Positions 38,603-48,486 of a DNA stretch of 63,407 bases are shown here, in pieces. The notes beneath the pieces were generated by a model. The model saw only the letters and a program-made list of their open reading frames with translations. It did no database searches and was not told the origin of the DNA. The first letter of the stretch is position 1; the number at the start of each line of letters is the position of its first letter. A program made the position numbers and the translations under genes. Origin of the DNA: Candidatus Omnitrophota bacterium. Its GTDB lineage: Bacteria; Ratteibacteria; UBA8468; MWAK01. Location: contig JBDRQI010000006.1 in NCBI GenBank assembly GCA_043826355.1, positions 1 to 63,407 on the forward strand, in the 5' to 3' direction.

Positions 38603-39496
38603 TTATTTTATCCCTTGACCTTCGATAAACTGAATTACCTCTCCATAAGACGGGAACCTTTCTTTTTTTACTCCACCGGTTTTTTCTATTAAGAACGAAG
38701 AACAAGCGGAAGCAAAAATCCCCGCTTTTTTAAAATCATTGGTTTTCAGGTATTCAAACATAAATCCGGCATGCCAGACATCTCCGGCACCGGTGCAATC
38801 AAGAACTTTAGCCGCAAATGGAGGTATTTGAAAACAACCGTTTTTATCCATAAGCAAAGCGCCTTTTTCTCCCAGGGTTATGATGGCAGACTTTGCCCCC
38901 CATTCCAGAAATTTCTGCGCCGCTTCTTTTTCACCTTTACCACCAAAGAGACACTGGCAATCTTCTTTTCCGCCTTTTACTATTTTAAAGTACCTGGTTA
39001 TTTTCTTCAGGAAATCTATCTTTTCCTTTTTCGTTTTCCCTTTCTTGCCTGAGGACGCGCCCCCGAAACCACCTAATTCCATCGATAATCTTTTTCTTTT
39101 AAGGCGCTTTATTAAGACCTCGGTCACCTCGTAGTCAACCGGAGCAACCAAAAAAAATTCAGCATCTAAATATTTATTTGGTATATCCTCAAAATAAATG
39201 TCATCGGCTTTCTGCGAAAATTCCAGTCTTTTCTTTCCTGATTTTTCGTAGATGAGCAAATTGGCGGTGGTGTAGTTGCTGATTCTTATTCCTTCGGTGT
39301 CAACACCTATTTCTTTAAATGTCTTCAGGAGCCCGTTCGGCATATCCTTGCCGATTTTGGTTACCAGGCCCACCTTCAGACCCAATTTTGCCGCACAGAC
39401 CGAAATATAGGCGGCGGGACTACCCAAAACCGGTCCAATTTCTTTTCCGTCAGGAAAAAGAATTTTTTCTTTCAGGAGATGACCGATGACTACCAA
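38603..39496 (-). CDS. PfkB-family sugar/cyclitol kinase
   Basis: ITLGEKGA; DCTGAGD. Confidence 0.9.
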   Translation of the reverse strand: MVVIGHLLKEKILFPDGKEIGPVLGSPAAYISVCAAKLGLKVGLVTKIGKDMPNGLLKTFKEIGVDTEGIRISNYTTANLLIYEKSGKKRLEFSQKADDIYFEDIPNKYLDAEFFLVAPVDYEVTEVLIKRLKRKRLSMELGGFGGASSGKKGKTKKEKIDFLKKITRYFKIVKGGKEDCQCLFGGKGEKEAAQKFLEWGAKSAIITLGEKGALLMDKNGCFQIPPFAAKVLDCTGAGDVWHAGFMFEYLKTNDFKKAGIFASACSSFLIEKTGGVKKERFPSYGEVIQFIEGQGIK

Positions 39497-39549
39497 ATCA
39501 AATATTATACCCCCCTTTATCCTACCCCGACCGGGGGAGGATGGAGATC

Positions 39550-40638
39550 TTATTTCTTTCTCTTTCCCGCTATGAACTCATCCATCGCTAACCGGGCGGA
39601 TTCGTCGTCCGGATACTGAACCGGGCCGCTCTTCATCAGGTAGGAAGAGGCGCTTTCCAGAACTCCGCCGATGCCTCTGTCCTTAGCCAGCTTGCAGCAG
39701 CGGATGCCGTCCACCATAACACCGGCAGAGTTGGGACTGTCCACTACCCGCAATTTAGCTTCCATCGAAATTGGGGTGCCGCCGAAGTTTTCGCCCCAGA
39801 TTTCAATCCGGCAGATTTTGTCGTCGTCCAGAACGTCAAGCTGGGAGACGTTGACGGAAAACGGGGCCGGGTAGGTCATGACCGCGTCCACCCCTCTTTT
39901 TTTGGAGGCGTGCTTGGTTTTGCCCCGCTGCCAATCGGTAAGGTTCCAGAAGTCGGTGTTGCCGCCGTAGTTTAATTGGTAGGATTTGGTTATTTTGATA
40001 CCTCTCTGTTGAAATAGAGAAAGAAGGTCTCTGTCCAGGATGGTACCGCCCAGCTGGCTCTTGTAGTCATCGCCTACAATCGGGACCTTGTTCTTTTCGG
40101 CTCTTTTGGCAAAGTCGGGGTTGTTGGCGATTAAGACCGGGATGCCGTTGACTATCCCGCAGCCGGCGGCAAGGGCGGCCTCCGCGTAAAACCAGGAAGC
40201 CTCTTCGGAAGCGGTGGGCAGGTTATTAATCAGAACATCCACCCTGGCTTCCTTGAGTATTTCGGCTACCCGATTGGCATCATTTATCTCTTTTTCTTTA
40301 GAGACCTTGACGTATTTCTTCAGGTGCTCGGTGACACCATCAAGGACAGGGCCCATCAGGACTTTAACGCCCTGCCTGGGAACGTCTGCGAACTTGGCGG
40401 TGCAGTTGGGCGCTTCCCAGATGGCTTCGGAAAGGTCTTTGCCTACTTTTCTTTCGTCAACGTCGAAAGCAACCACCGGAATTATGTCGCCGACTTTGTA
40501 ACCTCCGAGGTCAGGATGCATCAGCCCCGGGATTACTTCGCTTTTCTTAACCTTAAAATCCCGGTAGTAGTACCTGCCCTGGACTAAAGAGTTGGTGCAA
40601 TTGCCGACGCCGATTACCGCTACTCTGATTTCTGGCAT
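39550..40638 (-). CDS. ino1: myo-inositol-1(3)-phosphate synthase
   Basis: GVGNC, GDDYKSQLG, QLNYGGNTDF, DSPNSAG. Confidence 0.92.
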   Translation of the reverse strand: MPEIRVAVIGVGNCTNSLVQGRYYYRDFKVKKSEVIPGLMHPDLGGYKVGDIIPVVAFDVDERKVGKDLSEAIWEAPNCTAKFADVPRQGVKVLMGPVLDGVTEHLKKYVKVSKEKEINDANRVAEILKEARVDVLINNLPTASEEASWFYAEAALAAGCGIVNGIPVLIANNPDFAKRAEKNKVPIVGDDYKSQLGGTILDRDLLSLFQQRGIKITKSYQLNYGGNTDFWNLTDWQRGKTKHASKKRGVDAVMTYPAPFSVNVSQLDVLDDDKICRIEIWGENFGGTPISMEAKLRVVDSPNSAGVMVDGIRCCKLAKDRGIGGVLESASSYLMKSGPVQYPDDESARLAMDEFIAGKRKK

Positions 40639-40642
40639 GTTT

Positions 40643-41821
40643 TTAACCCCTCCTTTTGGGTTTGTAGTAGGGTGGAATAACCTCTTCCTTAAGAGGCAGG
40701 TCCACCCAAGAATTAGTTTGCATTGATTTGAAGACCGCGCACATAACATCTATTGCTCTGGCTCCATCTTCACCGCCGGTCAACGGTTCCTTGTCGTTGA
40801 TGATGCAGTCAAAGAAGTGTTGACAAAGGTAGTAATAATTGTTCGGTTCGCGAGGCGGGCAGATTGACACCCAGCGTTTCTGGACAGGATTGGTAATTAA
40901 GTCCTCAGCCCAGAAAACCTGGGGCCAGCGGTATTGGCGAATAATCTCGGGAAGGCTATTCTGGTCATAATCCTTGGTTGTATAGAGAGCCAAAGGAACG
41001 GTCTGGTAGGGATTCTGGGCGTCTGAACTGGTAAAAATAGTCCCTTCGGTTCCATATAGTTCGGTAAATTGGGAGACGACCGGGCTGTACCGGTTGCAGC
41101 TTACGTAGCCGAGGGCCCCATTTTCATGCTCCATCATAACAACTGCGGTATCGTCACATTTGGTGTAATCTGCCGGAAGGATCCGGCGGTCGGCAATTCC
41201 CATAACCCTCTTTACCGGAGAACCGAGCAACCAGACAAGAAGGTCTATAGCATGTGCGCCGGTATCTGATATCGCGCTTCCTCCGATAATTTCAGGGTGA
41301 AGCCGAAAGTCGGTATAAGCAATGTTGTCCTGATAAAATTTGACGTGCTCGTGCATGGTGGTCTTACCCATCATTACCTTTCCGATGACGCCTTCTTCCG
41401 TAAGTTGTTTTGCCCACTGGTTTTGACGCCAGAAGCGACGATCGCAACCTACCATCAGTTTTGTCCGCGCCTTCTTCGCGGCTTTTACAATATCCCAGGC
41501 CTCCCGGTTGGTGACTGCCATGGGTTTTTCAATCAAGGTGTGGAGGCCGGCTTCCGCCGCGGCAATACCCTGTTCCCAGTGAAACTTGGGCGGGGAGGCG
41601 ATAATGACCGCCTGCAAGTCATCCCGTTCTTTAAGCATCTTCTCGTAATCGGTATACCAAAACTTCGCCTTGTATTTTTCCGCGGCTTTCTGGGCAAAAT
41701 TTTTATCTACGTCACAGACGGCGACCAGTTCTACCTCCGGGGTGGCGGCAATAGAAGGAAAATGGGCGAGGTTTGCGATGCTGCCGCAGCCAATTACGCC
41801 GATTCCTATCTTCTCAAACAT
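40643..41821 (-). CDS. Gfo/Idh/MocA oxidoreductase
   Basis: GCGSIA; EKPMA; DTGAH. Confidence 0.9.
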   Translation of the reverse strand: MFEKIGIGVIGCGSIANLAHFPSIAATPEVELVAVCDVDKNFAQKAAEKYKAKFWYTDYEKMLKERDDLQAVIIASPPKFHWEQGIAAAEAGLHTLIEKPMAVTNREAWDIVKAAKKARTKLMVGCDRRFWRQNQWAKQLTEEGVIGKVMMGKTTMHEHVKFYQDNIAYTDFRLHPEIIGGSAISDTGAHAIDLLVWLLGSPVKRVMGIADRRILPADYTKCDDTAVVMMEHENGALGYVSCNRYSPVVSQFTELYGTEGTIFTSSDAQNPYQTVPLALYTTKDYDQNSLPEIIRQYRWPQVFWAEDLITNPVQKRWVSICPPREPNNYYYLCQHFFDCIINDKEPLTGGEDGARAIDVMCAVFKSMQTNSWVDLPLKEEVIPPYYKPKRRG

Positions 41822-43019
41822 ATGTATTCTCCTTGTTTGTTTTTACGGGTCGAAATTTTTCGTTCTGCTCAGAATGACATCCCGAACTTGTTTTACGGCG
41901 GCTTGATTCCCTGACGACCAATTCAGCCGGCAATACTATATGTTTCATTTTTTTTGTTCCCCGCCGTATTTTACCTATCAGTGTTTCGCAGGCTTTGGTT
42001 CCAATTTCATCCTTCGGTTGGTGTACCGTAGTTAACGGCACCTCCAGATGAGCAGAGAATTTCAGGTCGTCGAAACCAACCAGGGCGATATCGTCCGGAA
42101 CTCTTAAGCCCGCCTCTTTTATTGCTTTGTAACAACCCAGGGCTATGTAATCATTGCCGGCGAATACTGCGGTAAGTCTTTCTTTCCGCGACAGCAGGGC
42201 CTTCATCTCCCTGTAACCTCCGGTATCGTCCGGTTCAAAACGCAGGCTGCCTTCAATCTCAAAGGGCTGGATTTTTCTGACTAAAGAAAGGTTAAATGGA
42301 ATGTCGGCTTTTTGCAACGCCGCGCGGTAACCTTCAAACCGGTCTTCATTAGCGGTACACTCCACACCCATGATGTGGGCAATCTTTTTGTGGCCCTGGC
42401 TGGAAAGATGCCCCACTGCCTGGAGAGCGCCGTTAAAGTTATCAACCACAACCAAATCCGTCTGGATATCCCGGAAGTATCTGTCGATGAGTACAAAGGG
42501 AAATTTTCTTTTTTTCAGATTGAAAATCTGCAGGGCGTTGAATCTTCCCCAAAACGGGAAGATAACCGCGCCTTCAATATCGCTCTTTTCCAGGAGTCCG
42601 ATGTTGGCGGCCTCTTTCTCTATGTTTCGGTCGGAATTTAAGATTAAGACGCGGTAGCCGAAACCGGTTGCTGCCTTTTCAATGCCGCGGCATATCTCGG
42701 AGATGAATATGTCTTCTACGTCGGGGACGATGAAGGCAAGGGACTTTGTGCCCACTCTTAAGTCCTCTTTTCGTCTCCCCTGGGACTTGTTGAAGGTGAC
42801 GAAGGTGCCTTTTCTCTTGATTCGGGTGATGTAACCTTCGTTCTGCAAATCGGATAAAGATTTTTTAATCGTGATCTGGCTAACCTGGTACTGATTGCAT
42901 AAGTCGGCCTCGTTGGGAAGAGATTCAAGCGGTTTTATTTCTCCGCTCTCAATTTGGGAACGGAGGTTTTCCCTGACTTGAATGTATAGGGGCAAAGAAT
43001 TATTCCGGTCGATTTTCAT
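41814..43019 (-). CDS. GntR-HTH/LacI-sensor (AraR-type) regulator
   Basis: PLYIQV...GTFV; VPDDIALVGFDD. Confidence 0.9.
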   Translation of the reverse strand: MKIDRNNSLPLYIQVRENLRSQIESGEIKPLESLPNEADLCNQYQVSQITIKKSLSDLQNEGYITRIKRKGTFVTFNKSQGRRKEDLRVGTKSLAFIVPDVEDIFISEICRGIEKAATGFGYRVLILNSDRNIEKEAANIGLLEKSDIEGAVIFPFWGRFNALQIFNLKKRKFPFVLIDRYFRDIQTDLVVVDNFNGALQAVGHLSSQGHKKIAHIMGVECTANEDRFEGYRAALQKADIPFNLSLVRKIQPFEIEGSLRFEPDDTGGYREMKALLSRKERLTAVFAGNDYIALGCYKAIKEAGLRVPDDIALVGFDDLKFSAHLEVPLTTVHQPKDEIGTKACETLIGKIRRGTKKMKHIVLPAELVVRESSRRKTSSGCHSEQNEKFRPVKTNKENTYV

Positions 43020-43028
43020 TTTTTTTAA

Positions 43029-43057
43029 ATTATACTGTGATTTTTTCGTTTTGTCAA
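43029..43057 (-). promoter_or_regulatory. Consensus promoter giving a near-leaderless mRNA
   Basis: TTGACA, 17 bp, TATAAT ending 9 nt before the ATG at 43019. Confidence 0.75.
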
Positions 43058-43195
43058 ATTTATACATTATTTAAACATATTTTAATAATATGATATAATA
43101 AATTTAAAGTGACTGTCGGTACCTTTATTTTTGACACTTTATGACTTTACCTTGTATGATATCACCTTTAAGAATGCTGTACTTAGAATAAAAAT

Positions 43196-44149
43196 ATGAA
43201 AATCGGACTTATCGGTTATTCCGGCAGCGGCAAGACCGCTCTTTCCACCCTTCTTTCCGGGAAGAAGATTGAATCGTTCGACCCGTTCCAGCCGGCGGTC
43301 GTTACGGTAAAATTGAAGGATTCCCGGTTGGAGCGGCTGGCAGAAATCGTCAAGCCGAAGAAAGTTACGCCTCCGGAAGTTTTACTCTTTGATTTTAAGG
43401 GTGTGCCGAAAGGCGCGGGTTTTGACGAGAAGGAACTGGTCTGGTTGCTGGAGGTGGACGTAATTCTGCTGGTGGCAGACTGGTTTTCAGAAGGGAGTAT
43501 GCCGGCTGATGACCTGGCCTCCCTGCAGTTAGAACTTGTTTTCCGGGACATAGAACGGCTGGCCGGCGTGGAAGAGAAGCGCCAGGCGGAGATAAAACAG
43601 AATCGGCGTAAAGCCAATCCCCGGGAAGATGCTGCGCTGGCAAAAGGCCGGGCCTGGCTGGAAAAAGAAAGACCGCTGCGGTCTCTGGAAATGAGCCGGG
43701 AAGAAAGGCAGTTTCTTGTGTCGCTTGGCCCGGTTACCGCCAAAAAGACGCTGGTTTTAGTGAATGGAAACAGAGAACCGGCCGGCGTTGGAGATTTCGG
43801 TCTTCCGGGTTGTTGGTTAGACGCAGGCGCGGCGGAAGCCAACGCCGGCGAAATTGCCGCTTTCTGGCGGTTTGTTCTTGAGGCGGCCGGCTTGAACACT
43901 TTCTATACCGCCGGCGAGAAGGATACCCGGGCCTGGCTTTTGCCGGCCGGTGCAACGGCCCTGGAGGCGGCCGGACAAATTCATTCCGATATCGCGCGGG
44001 GTTTTATCCGGGCCGAGGTGGTTAACTTTAAAGATTACGACCGGCTGGGCTCTGACGCGGCTTGCCGGAAAGAAGGGGTTCTGCGGCTGGAAGGGAAAGA
44101 GTATCCGGTTGCGGATGGGGATATTATCAATATCCGGTTTTCACCGTAA
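43196..44149 (+). CDS. ychF: Divergent YchF-like ATPase (DUF933 C-terminus)
   Basis: GYSGSGKT; AAGQIHSDIARGFIRAEV; EGKEYPVADGD. Confidence 0.8.
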   Translation: MKIGLIGYSGSGKTALSTLLSGKKIESFDPFQPAVVTVKLKDSRLERLAEIVKPKKVTPPEVLLFDFKGVPKGAGFDEKELVWLLEVDVILLVADWFSEGSMPADDLASLQLELVFRDIERLAGVEEKRQAEIKQNRRKANPREDAALAKGRAWLEKERPLRSLEMSREERQFLVSLGPVTAKKTLVLVNGNREPAGVGDFGLPGCWLDAGAAEANAGEIAAFWRFVLEAAGLNTFYTAGEKDTRAWLLPAGATALEAAGQIHSDIARGFIRAEVVNFKDYDRLGSDAACRKEGVLRLEGKEYPVADGDIINIRFSP

Positions 44150-44746
44150 TTATTTCAACATCGGCAGGATTTGAACGGCCGCTTCCGAGACGGCAACTTT
44201 CAATGCTTTGATTTCGGCTGATTCAAGACTTAACGCCAAAGATTCCGTTCTCACTTTCCGGCCGTAAAATACCCTGCCCTGCCGGTCCAGAGCGTATATT
44301 TCCAATTCTGCCTTAGCGCCGGTTAAGCCGGACTGGTCTTCGCCCGGTTCTGCGGAAGCGACTCCGATGATGTAATATTTTGAAGTGAGTGTAAGCGGAA
44401 AATCACGGGGCTTGTCGGTGAAGTAAAATTCGGCGTACTCCCGCAGAAGGGCGTTTTCGCCGTCCTTTACCGGAAAACCGCAGTAACTAAGATAGTAGTG
44501 CAGGGTGGTTTCGGCAAACAGCCGCCGGGACGGCTCGCCGGATATCTTTTCTGTAATGGCTATGGCCACCGGCGGCCTTGGTTCCCGGGATAGTTTTTGC
44601 TTAATCTTCCGAGCGGTATGACTATCGCTTTCAAAACCAGAGGATCGGATTGGGCCGGAAGCATCTGTTTTCTGGCCAAGAGCCTTACAACCGGACAAAA
44701 GACAGGCAAAGATAATGATACCCGCCACCAATTTAACCGTTTTCAT
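44150..44746 (-). CDS. Lipoprotein of unknown function
   Basis: Lipobox LSGC. Confidence 0.7.
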   Translation of the reverse strand: MKTVKLVAGIIIFACLLSGCKALGQKTDASGPIRSSGFESDSHTARKIKQKLSREPRPPVAIAITEKISGEPSRRLFAETTLHYYLSYCGFPVKDGENALLREYAEFYFTDKPRDFPLTLTSKYYIIGVASAEPGEDQSGLTGAKAELEIYALDRQGRVFYGRKVRTESLALSLESAEIKALKVAVSEAAVQILPMLK

Positions 44747-44764
44747 AATTTATGCACAAATTTT

Positions 44765-44825
44765 GTAGGGGCGGGGTTACAACCCCGCCCTTTTTCGGGA
44801 GGGGACAGGGCCCCCTCTCCCCTAC
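44765..44825. repeat. GTAG-family REP doublet
   Basis: GTAG-GGGCGGGGTTACAACCCCGCCC ... GGGAGGGG..CCCTCTCCC-CTAC. Confidence 0.8.
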
Positions 44826-46750
44826 AACATGCTTTTAACAGCGGCCATGATACCTTCCCGGTCAAGGCCTTCTTTTCTGTAAAGGGCTTCCGGCGTTCCG
44901 CTTTGCCCGTAAGACTTGACCCCTAACTTGCGGAACTTTACCTTCAGTCCGTTTTCGGCTAAAAAGTTGGCGCAAACCGAACCCAGCCCGGTCTGGATGT
45001 GGTGGTCCTCAACGGTGATTATCCGGCCGGTTGCCGCTGCTTCCCGGAGCGCCTCAACGTCCGGGGCAAGCGGAGCGGAAAGGGCAAGAACCCCAATCGC
45101 CGCGCCTTCCTTATGCAGGAGATCGCTGGCGGAAAGCGCATCCTGGGTCATGGGCGCACCCATCGTTATAAGGGTAAGGTCTTTGCCGCGGCGCAGCCAG
45201 TCGCCTTTTCCGTATCGGTATTGATAATTTTCGTCAAAATAAGGGGTCCCGTCTTCCCGGGTGACAATGGCGATTTTGGAGCGGCCCATCGTGACCAGAA
45301 AATTGCCGAACTCTCTGGTGACGAACCGGATGACCCGGTCGGTCTGGTTGGGGTCGGCCGGCACAATCACCTTAAAATGGTAGAGGTTGGCGAAAAGCCC
45401 GAGGTAGTCTATGCACTGATGCGTTTTGCCGTCTTCGCCTACGTCCAGGCCGCAGTGGGTGCAGACAACCTTCAGGTTGGTGTGGTTAAGGTCGTTGAGC
45501 CGTTCCTGGTTGTATGTTTCGTCCACCCCGAAAGCGCCGAAATCGGCGAAGAAAGTGACCACGCCGGCTGCCGACAGCGCTCCGGCCATCGTGGCCGCCG
45601 TATGTTCCTGGACGCCGGCCTCAAAAAAAGAACAGGGTGAAAGGGTGGCGAAGTCCTCGGTGCGCACCGAACTGGCCAGGTCGCAGTCAACTACGGCCAG
45701 CGGTGTTTTGCCGCTGAAGCCGCAGGTTTGCCGGGCGATCGATTTCAGGGTTTTTCCGAAGGCGCCCCGGTTATCTGACTTTTCCGCGGCCGGATAAAGA
45801 ATCGGCGCTCCGGTGTCAACCGTGACCGGGTAGGAAAGGTTGCGGCCCGGTATGGAAAAAGACCATTTTTTACGCAAATCCGCCAGCCGGTCCAGGTCGT
45901 CGGGAAGTTGTAATTCCGCGAGGGCCTTGCGGCACTCCTCCGGTTTCAGGACGACGCCGTGGTACTTGGCTTTACCCTCCATAAAAGAAACACCCTTGCC
46001 GATTATTGTCTCGGCCAGGATGACGGTCGGGACGCCGTCGCTGGAGCCTTTTTTTAAAGCAGAATATATCTCCTGATGGTTGTGGCCGTCTATATGAAGC
46101 ACCTTCCAGCCATCCGCTTCGTAATTGCCCCGAATGTTCTGGGGCATCACTTCTTCCAGTTTTCCGCTGATTTGAATATGGTTATAATCAATGATGACCG
46201 TAATGTTTTCCAGGCCGTATTTTTTGGCAAAACGCCGGGCTTCCGCAATCTGTCCCTTGGCATGTTCGCCGTCGCTCATCGCCACGAAGACGTGGTAATT
46301 TTTTCCCCGCATCCGGCTGGCGACCGCAAAACCGCAACCGGCCGAGAGCCCCTGGCCCAGGTTTCCGGAAGACCACTCCAGGCCCGGCAGGTCTCTTACT
46401 ACGTGGCCTTCAAATGGCGTATCGATCAGGCGGAAACCGCTGACCGCCGCATCAATTGAAAAGAATCCAAGCCGGCCCAGAACCGAATAGGCGCCCGGAG
46501 AAGTGTGCCCGTGGCTTATGATGATGCGGTCCCGGTCCGGATTGTCCGGTTCGGCCGGATTAATTGCGGCGAATTTGTAAAGCACAAGGTAGATATCCAG
46601 AGACGACATGGAGCCGCCGGGATGACCGCAGGTGGCCAGGGTGGTCATCTTCAGGATATCACCCTTGCAGAGGTTTGACAACCGGGCCATTTCTTTTAAT
46701 TCTTCCGGGGAGAGTTTTTCTTTCGTAAATCTTTCCGGCAGCATATTCAC
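44822..46750 (-). CDS. tkt: Transketolase
   Basis: GHPGGSMS; SHGH; GNLGQG; SDGE; GEDGKTHQ. Confidence 0.92.
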   Translation of the reverse strand: MNMLPERFTKEKLSPEELKEMARLSNLCKGDILKMTTLATCGHPGGSMSSLDIYLVLYKFAAINPAEPDNPDRDRIIISHGHTSPGAYSVLGRLGFFSIDAAVSGFRLIDTPFEGHVVRDLPGLEWSSGNLGQGLSAGCGFAVASRMRGKNYHVFVAMSDGEHAKGQIAEARRFAKKYGLENITVIIDYNHIQISGKLEEVMPQNIRGNYEADGWKVLHIDGHNHQEIYSALKKGSSDGVPTVILAETIIGKGVSFMEGKAKYHGVVLKPEECRKALAELQLPDDLDRLADLRKKWSFSIPGRNLSYPVTVDTGAPILYPAAEKSDNRGAFGKTLKSIARQTCGFSGKTPLAVVDCDLASSVRTEDFATLSPCSFFEAGVQEHTAATMAGALSAAGVVTFFADFGAFGVDETYNQERLNDLNHTNLKVVCTHCGLDVGEDGKTHQCIDYLGLFANLYHFKVIVPADPNQTDRVIRFVTREFGNFLVTMGRSKIAIVTREDGTPYFDENYQYRYGKGDWLRRGKDLTLITMGAPMTQDALSASDLLHKEGAAIGVLALSAPLAPDVEALREAAATGRIITVEDHHIQTGLGSVCANFLAENGLKVKFRKLGVKSYGQSGTPEALYRKEGLDREGIMAAVKSML

Positions 46751-46861
46751 CCCATTGGTATGTTGTTATAAATTTATTATTTTACCCTCAAGGTTCTCCA
46801 CCCGTCAAATTTTTGGTAATGGGAAATTAAGGAAATTAGGGACAACAGACCAATCACGTTC

Positions 46862-47614
46862 CTATGTGGCGGATTTATAGTAGTTTTTTTGTTTCAAGAA
46901 GGTGCCGGCCGATTCGTCCAGGATAACCGTGCATTTGGGATGCCGTTGGAAGACAGAAGCGGTGACAGAACTGGTAAGCGGTCCTTCAATGGCTTTAGAC
47001 AGAACCATGGCCCGTCCGGTACCGGTTGCCACCAGAAGAACGTTCTTTGCGGACATGAAGGTTGCGACACCGACGGTCAGGCTGAACTTGGGGTGGGGTG
47101 CGTGGCTTGGGAATCGGCCGTCGCGCGCCGCTTCCTCCGGGGCCAGCGTTTTTACCCGGCAGTGGCTGCCCAGGGAAGAAGACGGTTCGTTCCGGCCAAC
47201 TTCGCCCCTTATTCCCAGGGAGACAATCCCGAGGTCAATTCCGCCCAACCGTTCGAGTTTACGCTCATATTCCGTGCATTCAATAGTTGGATTGGGCGCC
47301 GTGCCGTTTAAAAGGTAGACATTTTCCAACTGCGTGTCCAGGTGGGACAAAAAATGACTCCAGAGACGGAAGGCGTTGCTGAGTTGATTTTCCGGACCCA
47401 GCCCTACGAATTCATCGGTGGCAAAGAAACGAACTTGGTGGAAACTAATTTCTTTCTTCTGGTAGCTTTCGATCAGGCTCAGGTAACACGGCAAAACCTG
47501 GGCGCAGGGTGACAACCCAAGAACTAAATCCGGTTTTTCCCGGATGGCGGCGATGATGATTTCCGTTACTTTATGGCAAACCGTTTTCTCATCAGGCAGA
47601 ATAACTACTTTCAT
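46862..47614 (-). CDS. NagB paralogue with degenerate active site
   Basis: Collinear with the upstream nagB, but LSPCAQV replaces ATGSTP and GEVGRNEP replaces GHIGFNEP. Confidence 0.8.
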   Translation of the reverse strand: MKVVILPDEKTVCHKVTEIIIAAIREKPDLVLGLSPCAQVLPCYLSLIESYQKKEISFHQVRFFATDEFVGLGPENQLSNAFRLWSHFLSHLDTQLENVYLLNGTAPNPTIECTEYERKLERLGGIDLGIVSLGIRGEVGRNEPSSSLGSHCRVKTLAPEEAARDGRFPSHAPHPKFSLTVGVATFMSAKNVLLVATGTGRAMVLSKAIEGPLTSSVTASVFQRHPKCTVILDESAGTFLKQKNYYKSAT

Positions 47615-47658
47615 TTAAGCAGCCCCCCCTTAGAGTACGTTGCCTCGGTGTAACCCCG

Positions 47659-48444
47659 CTATATACCCTTTTCGAAGTGCCGAGCCTGTTCTTCGGCGTA
47701 TTTGTAATAATCTTTTCGCTGGAGGCCGGATGCGGCCGCTTCGTCCAAGATTGCGATGGCTTTCGGATGAATCTGCAGGATGGAAGCGGTGACCTGGCTG
47801 GTGACCGGGCCTTCAATCGCCCGCGCCACAATCTCGCTCTTGCCGGCGCCGTTGGCTAAAAATAGAATCTCCTTGGATTCCAGGATGGTGCCTACGCCCA
47901 TGGTGATGGCAAAGTGCGGCACATCCTCGGGTTTTGCAAAGAAACGGCTATTATCCTTAATCGTTCCTTCATCAAGGGTCTTTACCCGGGTGCGGGAAGC
48001 AAGCGAAGAACCGGGTTCGTTAAAACCGATGTGGCCGTCCCGTCCGATGCCGACGACCTGGAGGTCGAGCCCCCCGGTTTTTTCAATTTCGTCCTCGTAC
48101 CACTGGCAGAACTTTTCCGGATCCTTGGTCTGGCCGTCCGGAATATAGATATTCTCCCGGGGTATGTCGATGTGCTTAAAGAGATTTTCAAACATGAAGT
48201 AATTATAACTCTGGTTGTTGTCCGGTTTCAGCCCCAGGTACTCGTCCAGGTTAAAAGTGCGCATCTTGGCAAAAGAGACATTATCTTCCTTGTGCATCCG
48301 TATTAATTCCTGGTATAGGCCCAACGGCGTACTGCCGGTAGCGAGTCCCAGGACCAAATCCGGTTTTTGCTCCAGCCGGTTTCTCACTATTTTACCTGCC
48401 TCCTTGCTCATTTCATCGTAGTTATTAACGATTAATACCCGCAT
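47659..48444 (-). CDS. nagB: Glucosamine-6-phosphate deaminase
   Basis: LGLATGSTP; FNLDEY; GHIGFNEPG. Confidence 0.95.
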   Translation of the reverse strand: MRVLIVNNYDEMSKEAGKIVRNRLEQKPDLVLGLATGSTPLGLYQELIRMHKEDNVSFAKMRTFNLDEYLGLKPDNNQSYNYFMFENLFKHIDIPRENIYIPDGQTKDPEKFCQWYEDEIEKTGGLDLQVVGIGRDGHIGFNEPGSSLASRTRVKTLDEGTIKDNSRFFAKPEDVPHFAITMGVGTILESKEILFLANGAGKSEIVARAIEGPVTSQVTASILQIHPKAIAILDEAAASGLQRKDYYKYAEEQARHFEKGI

Positions 48445-48486
48445 ACTACCTCCTTTAATTTCGGTGAAGGGTGAATGGCGGAGAAT

